Positions 47,363 to 56,680 of a DNA stretch of 64,000 nucleotides are shown piece by piece. The DNA comes from Candidatus Thorarchaeota archaeon (GTDB lineage Archaea > Asgardarchaeota > Thorarchaeia > Thorarchaeales > Thorarchaeaceae). Below the pieces are notes generated by a model. It ran no database searches and had not been told where the DNA came from. It saw only the letters and a list, made by a program, of their open reading frames with translations. Numbering within the stretch: position 1 is the stretch's first letter; the number at the start of each line of letters is the position of its first letter. Where the stretch lies: positions 1 through 64,000 of the forward strand of contig SDNP01000015.1 in the NCBI GenBank assembly GCA_004524445.1, given 5' to 3'. The translations under genes were made by a program, and so were the position numbers.

Positions 47363-48211
47363 TTGCAGGGGGCGGCACTCCTGATTGATTATCATATTCA
47401 TCCTGATTACTCACTGGACGCCCAAGGTACTCTCACTGAGTTTTGCCAAGCAGCCGTGAAAAGAGGTATTTCTGAAATAGCATTCACAACTCATGTCGAT
47501 ACTGACCCAGTCACAGACGATTGCTTTGTAGTAGTAAATGGAGAAAAGGTCAATGTACATTCAGGAGACTGGCTTGCAGACTATGAGGCATCAGTGCTGC
47601 AAGTTGCGAATAGATATCAAGAAGAGGGCCTTGTTGTAAGATTGGGAGCAGAAATCGATCTGCATCCCGAGGTAGGCGCAAACCTTCCAGACAATTTCTA
47701 TGATACTGATTTTGATTTGATAATCGGATCTGTTCATCTCATCGACCATTTGGCTATATCAACCGAAGAAGGTGCCAAGGTGATTTTCTCAAGATACTCA
47801 CCAAGTGAGCTCGCAGACATCTACTTCCCTATGCTCTTGGATGCCCTCAATGAGCGCTTGATTGATATTGTTGGACATTTGGACATATATCGCCGCTATG
47901 GAAGAAACTACTATGGAGAAGAGATTGGTTTAATCTGGCAGCCATATCTACTCGAGCTTGTGAATAAAATGAAAAAGCAGAATCTCGGATTTGAAGTGAA
48001 TACTTCAACGTGGCGCAAAGGAATGGAACAACCAATGCCTTCTGCAACAATCACCAAAGAACTGGTGGAATCAGGCGTTGATGTGGTTACAACCGGATCT
48101 GATGCTCATCGCCCCCAAGATGTGGGTTATGGAATTGAGAAAGCAGAGAGAATGATACAGTCATTTGGTGTCGATAGCCCTGCGAGATTCGCTTCTAGGA
48201 AAATATTGTGA
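47363..48211 (+). CDS. PHP-domain phosphatase, histidinol-phosphatase HisJ family (possible CTG start 47381)
   Basis: DYHIH, IAFTTH, GAEID, IGSVH, GHLD, FEVNTS, GSDAH. Confidence 0.88.
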   Translation: MQGAALLIDYHIHPDYSLDAQGTLTEFCQAAVKRGISEIAFTTHVDTDPVTDDCFVVVNGEKVNVHSGDWLADYEASVLQVANRYQEEGLVVRLGAEIDLHPEVGANLPDNFYDTDFDLIIGSVHLIDHLAISTEEGAKVIFSRYSPSELADIYFPMLLDALNERLIDIVGHLDIYRRYGRNYYGEEIGLIWQPYLLELVNKMKKQNLGFEVNTSTWRKGMEQPMPSATITKELVESGVDVVTTGSDAHRPQDVGYGIEKAERMIQSFGVDSPARFASRKIL

Positions 48212-48265
48212 GTTTTCAAAATCGTGCCAATAGAGAATTAAGGAAGCAGCTGTATTACCTCAGGT

Positions 48266-48691
48266 ATGAAAAATAGGAATTCCTTTATTCTATGTTTCAT
48301 AGGCGGAATATTGTTGATATCAGTGGGAGCAGTGGGAAGCATTGGTTTCTTCGAGATGCTCACTCTAATCACTGAGATACCAGCTCTTGCATCTCTTGCA
48401 TGGCTGATTGAAATATTGCTCTATGCCTTGGGATTCATAGCAGGGCTGGGAGGCCTTGGGGTTATCTTTGGAGGATATATGCTAACTACGGACCGACTTG
48501 GAACGGGCAAATTTGTGATAGGAATAGCAATGGGGATGTCCTTAGTTGGACTGATTATTCATCTAATCCAGACGCTTTACTTCTATGGCATTGGAGCTGT
48601 GCTCAATTTCTTATCTCTTGCTGCCCAATCGATTGGTTGGATTGGAATATTCATCTCAATTGCTGGAAGAAGATCCGCAAACAGCGAGTAG
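48266..48691 (+). CDS. Small Gly-rich membrane protein (about 4 TM)
   Basis: Hydrophobic Gly-rich segments throughout. Confidence 0.7.
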   Translation: MKNRNSFILCFIGGILLISVGAVGSIGFFEMLTLITEIPALASLAWLIEILLYALGFIAGLGGLGVIFGGYMLTTDRLGTGKFVIGIAMGMSLVGLIIHLIQTLYFYGIGAVLNFLSLAAQSIGWIGIFISIAGRRSANSE

Positions 48692-48741
48692 AATAGCTGT
48701 TTCCAAACGCTTATTCCTGATGCGAGGCATAAGAAATCAAA

Positions 48742-49386
48742 ATGTCGTCACCAGAAACCCCTCGATTGACCAAAGCCATCCAATTGATTCAAGACGGCCT
48801 ATTTGAAAAAGCTGAAGAAGTACTTAGAGAGCTGCTTGAGGAGAATCCAGATAGCCTAGAGGGGTGGTATAATCTTGGATATGTATTATCTGAGTCGGGA
48901 GAAGACGAAGAGGCGGTAAAGGCGTATGACGAGGCGCTTGCTATTGATAGCGAGATTTTTGACATCTGGTTCAACAAAGCCAGCGCATTCTATCATTTAG
49001 CTGATTTTGAAGAAGCGAAAAAATGCTATGAACGTGCTTTGGAGATAAATCCTAATGAGGCTGAAGCTTGGAACAACCTCGGCAACTGCTATTCCCGATT
49101 AGGTGAGGGGCAGAAGGCAATCGAAGTATACACCAAGGCAGTGGCACTCCAACCTGATTACGCAGAAGCACTGTACAACAAAGCGAATGCACATTTCATT
49201 GAGGAAGAAGACGAAAGGGCCGTTGCTTATGGAGAGCTAGCCGTCAAAATAAATCCCGATTTGGAGAAACGGGTGTCAAAATGGATTGACATATCAAGAC
49301 GTCGAATGGTTTCTTCAAGAGAGGAGAAGGTGCACCGCGAGAAACACAAAAAACTCTCCGAGGTAGTTGATGACGACACATCTTAG
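48742..49386 (+). CDS. Tetratricopeptide repeat protein
   Basis: Tandem 34-aa repeats WYNLG...A..YD.AL, WFNKA, WNNLG, LYNKA. Confidence 0.92.
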   Translation: MSSPETPRLTKAIQLIQDGLFEKAEEVLRELLEENPDSLEGWYNLGYVLSESGEDEEAVKAYDEALAIDSEIFDIWFNKASAFYHLADFEEAKKCYERALEINPNEAEAWNNLGNCYSRLGEGQKAIEVYTKAVALQPDYAEALYNKANAHFIEEEDERAVAYGELAVKINPDLEKRVSKWIDISRRRMVSSREEKVHREKHKKLSEVVDDDTS

Positions 49387-49443
49387 GACGTAGGATTGAT
49401 TCATTCAGTATACCTAAAAGAGATATGAACTACATAAGCAGAG

Positions 49444-49986
49444 GTGTCTTCAATGCTGGGCCTAAGCATCAGTAAGAAAAAACAGAAAATCCTTGTATCT
49501 TTCGCGATTATTATTATGGTCGGGGGTATAGCTGTGGAATGGCTACTTGGGCACGATTTGATTCAAATTGACATACCATCAGGGACTGTTTTTGGCCTTA
49601 CTATACTCACTGGTCTCATTATTATCTGCTGTATTTCATCCATGTTAACGGGATCTTATGCTGCTAAGATGCCCGAGTATGGGGAGATGGAAACAAAATT
49701 CAACGAAGGCATGGCTTTGTACGAAGAGGGAGAATACGAGGAGGCAATTCAGATATTTAAAGAACTCATGGGCTCGGAATTGAACCATAAGAGAGCTCTG
49801 TATTATACTGCTGAAGCCTATGAACATCTGGATGAGCATGAACAAGTCAAGAAATACATCACGAAATACCTTGAGATGCAGCCAAATGATCAAGAAGCGT
49901 GGGGAATGCTTGGAGATGCCCACAAGAAACTATTCGAGTATGAAGAGGCTGAAGAGGCATATTCAAAGGGGAAGAAGCTTTCTTAG
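49444..49986 (+). CDS. Two-TM protein with C-terminal TPR repeats
   Basis: Two hydrophobic helices, then EGEYEEAIQIF, ALYYTAEAY, AWGMLGDA. Confidence 0.8.
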   Translation: MSSMLGLSISKKKQKILVSFAIIIMVGGIAVEWLLGHDLIQIDIPSGTVFGLTILTGLIIICCISSMLTGSYAAKMPEYGEMETKFNEGMALYEEGEYEEAIQIFKELMGSELNHKRALYYTAEAYEHLDEHEQVKKYITKYLEMQPNDQEAWGMLGDAHKKLFEYEEAEEAYSKGKKLS

Positions 49987-50045
49987 AAATACGTTTAGAA
50001 ATAAACGAAATCCGTCAAGACAATGAACTATGGAGTAGTGCTCAA

Positions 50046-52337
50046 TTGCCAATCCATTCTCAATGCTGTACAATTGACGTCACAGACAAATCGATAGAAC
50101 TCTCAAATAATGTTGTAAGAGTGAAATTTGACACGCTACTTGGTACAATATCACTGTTGAATAGTCAAAATAACACGCCGATTTTTTCCAATGCCTATAT
50201 CCTCATTCACACTGGAAGAGGAGTTCTCGATTCCAGAGAGATGACGTACAAGGCATTTAGTGGACTCGATTTCAAGGAGGGGAATTTGCGGGGTAAGTCG
50301 GTTGTGATCAGAACAGAAGATGCCAACCGAAGGAATGAGATGAGCATTAAACTCACAGTTCTAGAAGGAGTGCCTGGCTACACCTGTGTCATCAGATTTG
50401 GCAATCTGGATGAAGAAACTGAGGTTTCGGCCATTGATTCCTTGGTACTCGATGTGATGCCAAATGCACCACCTAGTATTGGACAAGATAGATCGAATCT
50501 TAGATATTTCAGAAATGGGTTTCAATCGTGGGACCTTAGCCTGTCTGTACCAGTTTCCGACGGGCGAAATACAAGTCATCTCTATTCAACGATTAATAGT
50601 ATAGAATCTGACGAAACATATCTGGTTGGATACATTACTTCATCTAATATGTTCTCAACCGTCCAGATCTTGGGAGCAGAAGATGAAAAAGAGGGGCTCA
50701 AACAGATTCTTGCATCCTGCAACGTTGATGATATTTCAGTAACGACCAGAGATTCCATTGTGTCTGAGGAGATGTTGTTTCTCACGGGCATCAACTCAGT
50801 TCGGCTCACAGAAATCTATATGGACTTGCTTGCAACAAAGATGGATGCGATCAGTTGGAAGAACATTCCAACAGGTTGGTGTAGCTGGTACTTCTACTAC
50901 ACCATGCCCGATGAGCAAGAGATTGTTGACAACACACGCTTTCTAGCGGAGCGTTTTGGAGATTCTATCGAATGGATTCAAATCGATGATGGTTTCCAAG
51001 AAGCTGTAGGGGACTGGGAGGAGAACTCGCGCTTTGCAAGTGGGCTTGACGAACTTGTTGAAGAGATTCATCGTAAGGGTTACAAAGCGGGCATCTGGAC
51101 TGCGCCGTTTGTAGCATCAGAACACTCAGATATTTTCAAGGATCATCCCGACTGGTTTATTCGTGACAAAAATAATCTACCAATAGCTGTTGACCAAAAC
51201 CCTCTGTGGCTGGGTAATTACTATGCTTTGGACTTGACAAACCCAATTGTCATAGAACACATCGAGAAGATATTCGAAAAAATGAAGAAATCTGGCTTTG
51301 AATACTTCAAGATTGACTTCCTATACCATGCAGCACACCAAGGTAGAAGAGTCAATACTAATATGACCAGAGCGCAAGCAGTTCGGAGAGGTCTAGAAAC
51401 AATCAGAAACATTGTTGGTAATGATTTGATTCTAGGTTGTGGAGCACCTCTTGGTGTGTCAATAGGAATCACTAATATGATGCGTATTGGCACAGATATT
51501 GCAACAGATTGGCGATATGATTGGGGAGGCGGTGTCTATGAGTGTGCGATCAATACGATAACGCGTTCGCCAATGCACAACAGATTATGGATCAATGACC
51601 CCGATTGCATCCTTGTTAGACAAGATGACAATAATCTGACGATTGAAGAAGTCAGACTGTGGCTATCTGTTGTTGCAGTCAGTGGAGGCGCAGTCCTTCT
51701 CAGTGATAGAATGATGGACGTGTCTGAAGGGCGACTACGCATCGTAGACAAGGTTCTTCCACCTTATGGCAAGGGCGGAATTCCTGTTGACGCCCATCTG
51801 TACGAAGAACCAAGAGTATTTGCAGTTCCTGTTGAGAGCCCAATCGGATATTGGTCCGTAGTTGCGGTTGTGAATCTGACAGAGGAAAAAATCGATGTTT
51901 CTTTCGGATTAGAAGATGCAGGTCTCAGCGAGAAGATTCCTCATCACGTCTTCAGTTTCTGGGATTCTGAGTATCTGGGATTATATGAGGATGAGGTGGT
52001 AATAGAAGACCTGAAACCTCATTCATGCAGGCTTCTCACCGTTAAACCTTCATCGAGTCTTCCAACCATAATGAGTACATCAATTCACTTCACTCAGGGA
52101 GCAATAGAACTCAATAATCTAGAATGGAGTTCGGATGGTAAAGAGTTAAGCGTCAGAGTCAAGATGGATACCAAGTCGCGAGAGTCGGTGTCTTTTGTTT
52201 TCAACAATGATTGGACTCCCTTGAAGGCATTCATCAATGATGTAGAAACTGACATCCAAGAGATAGCTCCTGAAGTCATATCCGTCAGAGAGAGGTTCAA
52301 ATCTGGGGATATCATTCGAATCAAGTTTCAACGCTAA
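50046..52337 (+). CDS. Glycoside hydrolase family 36 (alpha-galactosidase-like)
   Basis: GWCSWY, IQIDDGF, GIWTAPF, YFKIDF (nucleophile), MRIGTD (acid/base), WINDPD. Confidence 0.88.
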   Translation: MPIHSQCCTIDVTDKSIELSNNVVRVKFDTLLGTISLLNSQNNTPIFSNAYILIHTGRGVLDSREMTYKAFSGLDFKEGNLRGKSVVIRTEDANRRNEMSIKLTVLEGVPGYTCVIRFGNLDEETEVSAIDSLVLDVMPNAPPSIGQDRSNLRYFRNGFQSWDLSLSVPVSDGRNTSHLYSTINSIESDETYLVGYITSSNMFSTVQILGAEDEKEGLKQILASCNVDDISVTTRDSIVSEEMLFLTGINSVRLTEIYMDLLATKMDAISWKNIPTGWCSWYFYYTMPDEQEIVDNTRFLAERFGDSIEWIQIDDGFQEAVGDWEENSRFASGLDELVEEIHRKGYKAGIWTAPFVASEHSDIFKDHPDWFIRDKNNLPIAVDQNPLWLGNYYALDLTNPIVIEHIEKIFEKMKKSGFEYFKIDFLYHAAHQGRRVNTNMTRAQAVRRGLETIRNIVGNDLILGCGAPLGVSIGITNMMRIGTDIATDWRYDWGGGVYECAINTITRSPMHNRLWINDPDCILVRQDDNNLTIEEVRLWLSVVAVSGGAVLLSDRMMDVSEGRLRIVDKVLPPYGKGGIPVDAHLYEEPRVFAVPVESPIGYWSVVAVVNLTEEKIDVSFGLEDAGLSEKIPHHVFSFWDSEYLGLYEDEVVIEDLKPHSCRLLTVKPSSSLPTIMSTSIHFTQGAIELNNLEWSSDGKELSVRVKMDTKSRESVSFVFNNDWTPLKAFINDVETDIQEIAPEVISVRERFKSGDIIRIKFQR

Positions 52338-52364
52338 TTCAATGCAAGCGATACTGCAAAAGCC

Positions 52365-53267
52365 CTATTGGACAGGGTTGATCAGTTTACCGATCCCTTC
52401 GATGAATAGCTCGACTTCATCCCCAGGCTCCAAGAACTCTGGTGGATCTCTTGTGAAGCCCACTCCAGAGGGCGTTCCGGTTGCAATTATATCACCCGGC
52501 TCAAGTTTGAATGACCTTGAAAGATATGATACAACTGCACGTACGCCATAGAGTAAATCGGAGGTGCTTGATTTTTGTTTTATTTGGCCATTGACCTTTG
52601 TATACATATCCAGATCTGATGCATCTCCAATCTCATCTGTAGTTGTGATGCATGGTCCCATAGGACAAAATGTATCAATCGACTTAGCCCGAATCCATTG
52701 ACCGTCCGACTTTTGCAAGTCCCTAGCACTGACGTCATGGATGATTGTGTAGCCAGCTACATACGATAGCGACTCATCTTCATTCACATCTTTGCAGGCC
52801 CGTCCCATGACAATTCCCAGTTCAACCTCCCAATCGATTTTCTTGCTGATTTTAGGGATGACAATAGGTTCTCCGGGGCCAACTATAGAAGAGGGGAATT
52901 TTGCAAAAACAACAGGGAATTCTGGAACCTTATGACCGGCCTCTTGAATGTGATCCCTGTAATTTAGCCCTAGAGCAACAATTTTCCCTGGATTTTGAAT
53001 TGGCGCACTGAGGGAAATCTGGTTTGATGGATAAGGTAGAGGCTGCTCATTAGAATTAGCATTTTGATAGCTTTCCACTATTTGCTTTACAACATCAAGC
53101 CCAGACTCCCATTTCAACAGGTCCAACATAGTACGCGGAAAAGTTTGTCCGCCAATATGGTAAGTACGTCCAAAACGAGAAGCAGCCTCTGGAATATCAA
53201 GGATTCCTTCTTTGAGCTGCACACCTATTGAAGGCACACCGAGCCGAGTATAAGTCACAAGTTGCAT
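52365..53267 (-). CDS. Fumarylacetoacetate hydrolase family protein
   Basis: GLNYRDH, DWEVEL, DVSARD, KSIDTFCPMGP, GDIIATGTPSGVG. Start reassigned to MQLVTY. Confidence 0.92.
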   Translation of the reverse strand: MQLVTYTRLGVPSIGVQLKEGILDIPEAASRFGRTYHIGGQTFPRTMLDLLKWESGLDVVKQIVESYQNANSNEQPLPYPSNQISLSAPIQNPGKIVALGLNYRDHIQEAGHKVPEFPVVFAKFPSSIVGPGEPIVIPKISKKIDWEVELGIVMGRACKDVNEDESLSYVAGYTIIHDVSARDLQKSDGQWIRAKSIDTFCPMGPCITTTDEIGDASDLDMYTKVNGQIKQKSSTSDLLYGVRAVVSYLSRSFKLEPGDIIATGTPSGVGFTRDPPEFLEPGDEVELFIEGIGKLINPVQ

Positions 53268-53305
53268 GTTCGAAAATATAGCAATCGTTTCATTTATCCG
53301 TACTG

Positions 53306-53665
53306 GTGACAACATGGGAAATGGTGAAGCATGTGTCAAAGGATAGATCGCTAGATGAGCTTCCAGACCAAGTCTTCGTGGCGCTAGGCAGAAGAGGTAT
53401 GGAGGGAATACCACTCAAAGAATGTACTTATGAGGAGTGTAATGCTTCTGATTTGGAATTGATAAGTGTGCAAACAGACCCGGCTCAAATAAGTGGTGAT
53501 GGACAAGAAACCCAGATTGAAGACTGGGAAGTCAAATGTCCGGATTGTGATAGAAAGTTTACAATTCGGCTGAAGACTAGATTCTTTGACGGTGAGAGAA
53601 TGGACACAATGACCAATATTATTGATGATGAAGGAAATGACTTGGGATGGCTAGGTAGCTACTAG
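53306..53665 (+). CDS. Hypothetical zinc-binding protein (start may be GTG 53333)
   Basis: CTYEEC and CPDC Cys pairs; first gene of the leuBCD-like operon. Confidence 0.7.
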   Translation: MTTWEMVKHVSKDRSLDELPDQVFVALGRRGMEGIPLKECTYEECNASDLELISVQTDPAQISGDGQETQIEDWEVKCPDCDRKFTIRLKTRFFDGERMDTMTNIIDDEGNDLGWLGSY

Positions 53666-53674
53666 GTGATATGA

Positions 53675-54832
53675 TTGGCAGATGTATTCAAGATAGCAGT
53701 GTTGCCAGGAGATGGCATAGGTAGAGAAGTTATCCCTCAGGCGGTACGTGTTCTCGAAGCCATCGAAGATGAGATTAGTGGTTTTGAGTTGGAAACACAT
53801 CTATTCAACTGCGGTGGTGAGTACTACAGGAAACACAGAAGAGAGTGGCCAGAGGAGGCGGAGAGCTTTTCAAAAGAGGAGGCTGATGCTATTCTCTTGG
53901 GTGCAGTTGGAGCAGTTGACTCTAGTGGTGAAGAGGTCAGATTGCCAGATAATAATCTCGCTGGGTACAATATCGTAATTGGTTTGCGGATGGAGTTGGA
54001 ACTATACGCAAACGTGAGACCCGTTAGGCTCATCCCCGGCGTTCCAGTTCCAGTTAAGAAAGAATCTGAATCAATCGATATGATAATGATTAGAGAAAAC
54101 ACAGAAGGCCTCTATGCTCCTATTCGAGGGAAGCTATCAAGAGGTAGGAGAATTGACCTCGCCACGGATGTAAGAGTCATCACCCGCTTTGCTAGCGAGA
54201 GAATTGCGCGTTATGCATTTGAGAGAGCAATTGCGAGAAAAGGTGCCCCAAAGGACGGAGTGAAAAGAGTCACATGTGTAGACAAGAGCAACCTGCTCGC
54301 AGGATGCCAGTTATTCAGACAAGTTTTTACCGAAGTAAGTCAGACTTACGAGGGAATCCACGCTGACTTTGCCTATGTTGATTCTTTTGTTCAGTGGCTG
54401 GTTCGAAAGCCAGAATACTATGATGTCATTGTGGCACCCAACGAATTCGGCGATATAATCACAGACTTGGGTGCAGCATTGCAGGGAGGACTAGGGATGG
54501 CACCAGCAGGAAACATTGGCAGTGATAAGGCTATGTTTGAACCTGTTCATGGTTCTGCGCCCGCCCATTATGGAAAGAATTCAGCAAATCCCGTTGCGGC
54601 AATCCTGTCAGGAGCTATGATGCTTGAATGGCTTGGTGAAAAGAACAAGAGCAAATCATGTCTATTGGCATCGGAAACTGTCCATAAGGCAATTGAAGAG
54701 GTTCTGAAAGACGGAAAGATTCGAACTTCTGACTTATGTTGGGGAGAATGGGCTGGCATTAAGCCTTCTTCAACCAAGGTGATGACAGACAAAATTATCT
54801 CAAGAATCAAAGAGATTGTTTCAGAGAGATGA
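53675..54832 (+). CDS. leuB: Isocitrate/isopropylmalate (beta-decarboxylating) dehydrogenase family
   Basis: [45 protein letters not shown]. Substrate specificity uncertain. Confidence 0.85.
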   Translation: MADVFKIAVLPGDGIGREVIPQAVRVLEAIEDEISGFELETHLFNCGGEYYRKHRREWPEEAESFSKEEADAILLGAVGAVDSSGEEVRLPDNNLAGYNIVIGLRMELELYANVRPVRLIPGVPVPVKKESESIDMIMIRENTEGLYAPIRGKLSRGRRIDLATDVRVITRFASERIARYAFERAIARKGAPKDGVKRVTCVDKSNLLAGCQLFRQVFTEVSQTYEGIHADFAYVDSFVQWLVRKPEYYDVIVAPNEFGDIITDLGAALQGGLGMAPAGNIGSDKAMFEPVHGSAPAHYGKNSANPVAAILSGAMMLEWLGEKNKSKSCLLASETVHKAIEEVLKDGKIRTSDLCWGEWAGIKPSSTKVMTDKIISRIKEIVSER

Positions 54833-54839
54833 GGAAATA

Positions 54840-56105
54840 ATGGGATTGACACTTGCTGAGAAGATTCTTTCAAGACACACCATAGAAGGAGAAGCATCTC
54901 CAGGAGAGATTGTGGATGCAAAAATCGATTTCCTAATGGTCCATGAGGTTCTAGGGTCAAGAATAATCCCAATCTTGGAGAAGATGGGCGTAGATAAGGT
55001 ATGGGACCCAGAATCAATGTTGGTTGTGAATGATCACTGGGCTCCGGCACCGGATATCGCCAGTGCCAAGATTCATGCAAAAAACAGGAAATTTGTTCGA
55101 GACCACGATATAGCCCACTTTTGTGATGTAAATTGTGGAATCTCGCACCAGGTATTACCCGAGATGGGGCTTGTAGCTCCTGGCGACCTAGTTATAGGAA
55201 GTGATTCTCATTCTACAACATATGGAGCATTCAACGCTTTTTCGACAGGACTAGCTGCAACGGATAGTGCTCTAATCATCGCGACCGGCAAGTGCTGGTT
55301 CAAAGTTCCAGAGTCAATCCGAATAGAAGTCACGGGAGAACTTGGAAGTAGAGTCATGAGCAAAGACCTCATTCTTAGCCTCCTATCGGACCTAGGGCCT
55401 GATGGAGCAAACTACCTGTCAATGGAATTCAAAGGAGAAACCATTGACAATATGTCAGTTGGCTCTCGGATGACAATATGCAATATGACAGTTGAGGCAG
55501 GAGCAAAGTGTGCGCCCATGGAAATAAATGACCATGTAAGGAAATGGATGGCAAAATACGCTCCAAAGCGGAAGTGGAGTCCCCTGAAACCAGATGATGA
55601 TGCGGAGTATCTCCGCACAATGTTTGTAAACTTGAATGAAACTCCACTTGAACCAGTAGTGGCTACGCCTCATAGCCCTGCAAACGGAAAAGCGGTTTCC
55701 GAGGTTGAGGGTACACCTATCGATCAAGCCTTTATTGGGTCCTGCACCAATGGCAGATTGGAAGATTTGGCTATAGCTGCTGAGATTCTCAAGGATAAAC
55801 GAGTGGCTGATGGTACTCGATTGATAGTAACACCAGCAAGCACCAAAACACTACAGAGAGCTATGAAGGAAGGGATCATTCAGACCATCTTGAAAAGTGG
55901 GGGTATCGTCACTAACTCGACTTGTGGAGCATGTGTTGGGGGTCATCTAGGCATCCTTGGCCCAGGAGAGGTGTGCATTTCAAGTACCAATCGGAACTTC
56001 AGAGGGCGAATGGGACATCGAGATTCTGAGATTTATCTTGCATCACCAGCAACCGTTGCAGCGAGTGCCATCACAGGAACAATCACTGACCCCAGGAGTG
56101 TGTGA
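54840..56105 (+). CDS. leuC: 3-isopropylmalate dehydratase/homoaconitase large subunit
   Basis: MGLTLAEKI, DH, GSDSHST, IGSCTNGR, CGACVG, NRNFRGRMG. Confidence 0.9.
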   Translation: MGLTLAEKILSRHTIEGEASPGEIVDAKIDFLMVHEVLGSRIIPILEKMGVDKVWDPESMLVVNDHWAPAPDIASAKIHAKNRKFVRDHDIAHFCDVNCGISHQVLPEMGLVAPGDLVIGSDSHSTTYGAFNAFSTGLAATDSALIIATGKCWFKVPESIRIEVTGELGSRVMSKDLILSLLSDLGPDGANYLSMEFKGETIDNMSVGSRMTICNMTVEAGAKCAPMEINDHVRKWMAKYAPKRKWSPLKPDDDAEYLRTMFVNLNETPLEPVVATPHSPANGKAVSEVEGTPIDQAFIGSCTNGRLEDLAIAAEILKDKRVADGTRLIVTPASTKTLQRAMKEGIIQTILKSGGIVTNSTCGACVGGHLGILGPGEVCISSTNRNFRGRMGHRDSEIYLASPATVAASAITGTITDPRSV

Positions 56106-56112
56106 ATTGTCT

Positions 56113-56610
56113 ATGAAATCAGAGCGAATTACAGGCAAAGCTTGGGTCTTTGGAGATAATATTGACACAGATCAAATAATCCAAGGCAGATATCTAACAA
56201 TCCTTGATTATAGTGAAATGGCTTCTCACGCGCTCGAAACAATCCGGCCAGAATTCTCCAAAAAGGTAGAGAAGGGCGACATTCTAGTCGCTGGTAAGAA
56301 TCTTGGGGCGGGGTCTTCTAGGGAAGAAGCACCCATGGTTTTGAAGAAACTGGGGATTGCCTGCATTATCTCTGAATCCTTTGCTCGAATCTTTTATCGC
56401 AATTCCTTCAATATTGGCTTGCCAGCCTTGTTAGTAAAAGGGATTTCATCTGAAGTCAATGATGGAGATATCCTCAGTGTAGACCTTGTTAGTGGAAATG
56501 TGGAAAACAAGACTTCAGGAAAGATTCTATCGGGGAGCAGAATACCAGAAAGAATGCTCGAATATTTGCAGGCGGGCGGAGCGGTTGCATGGTACAAAAA
56601 GAACTATTGA
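56113..56610 (+). CDS. leuD: 3-isopropylmalate dehydratase/homoaconitase small subunit
   Basis: GDNIDTDQII, GAGSSREEA, SFARIFYRN. Start reassigned to MKSER. Confidence 0.9.
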   Translation: MKSERITGKAWVFGDNIDTDQIIQGRYLTILDYSEMASHALETIRPEFSKKVEKGDILVAGKNLGAGSSREEAPMVLKKLGIACIISESFARIFYRNSFNIGLPALLVKGISSEVNDGDILSVDLVSGNVENKTSGKILSGSRIPERMLEYLQAGGAVAWYKKNY

Positions 56611-56680
56611 GCTGTTTTAAGAAACAACTAAAAGCATCTACAACATGTCTGTTTAAAACTGCAGGAGACATTATCACGAC

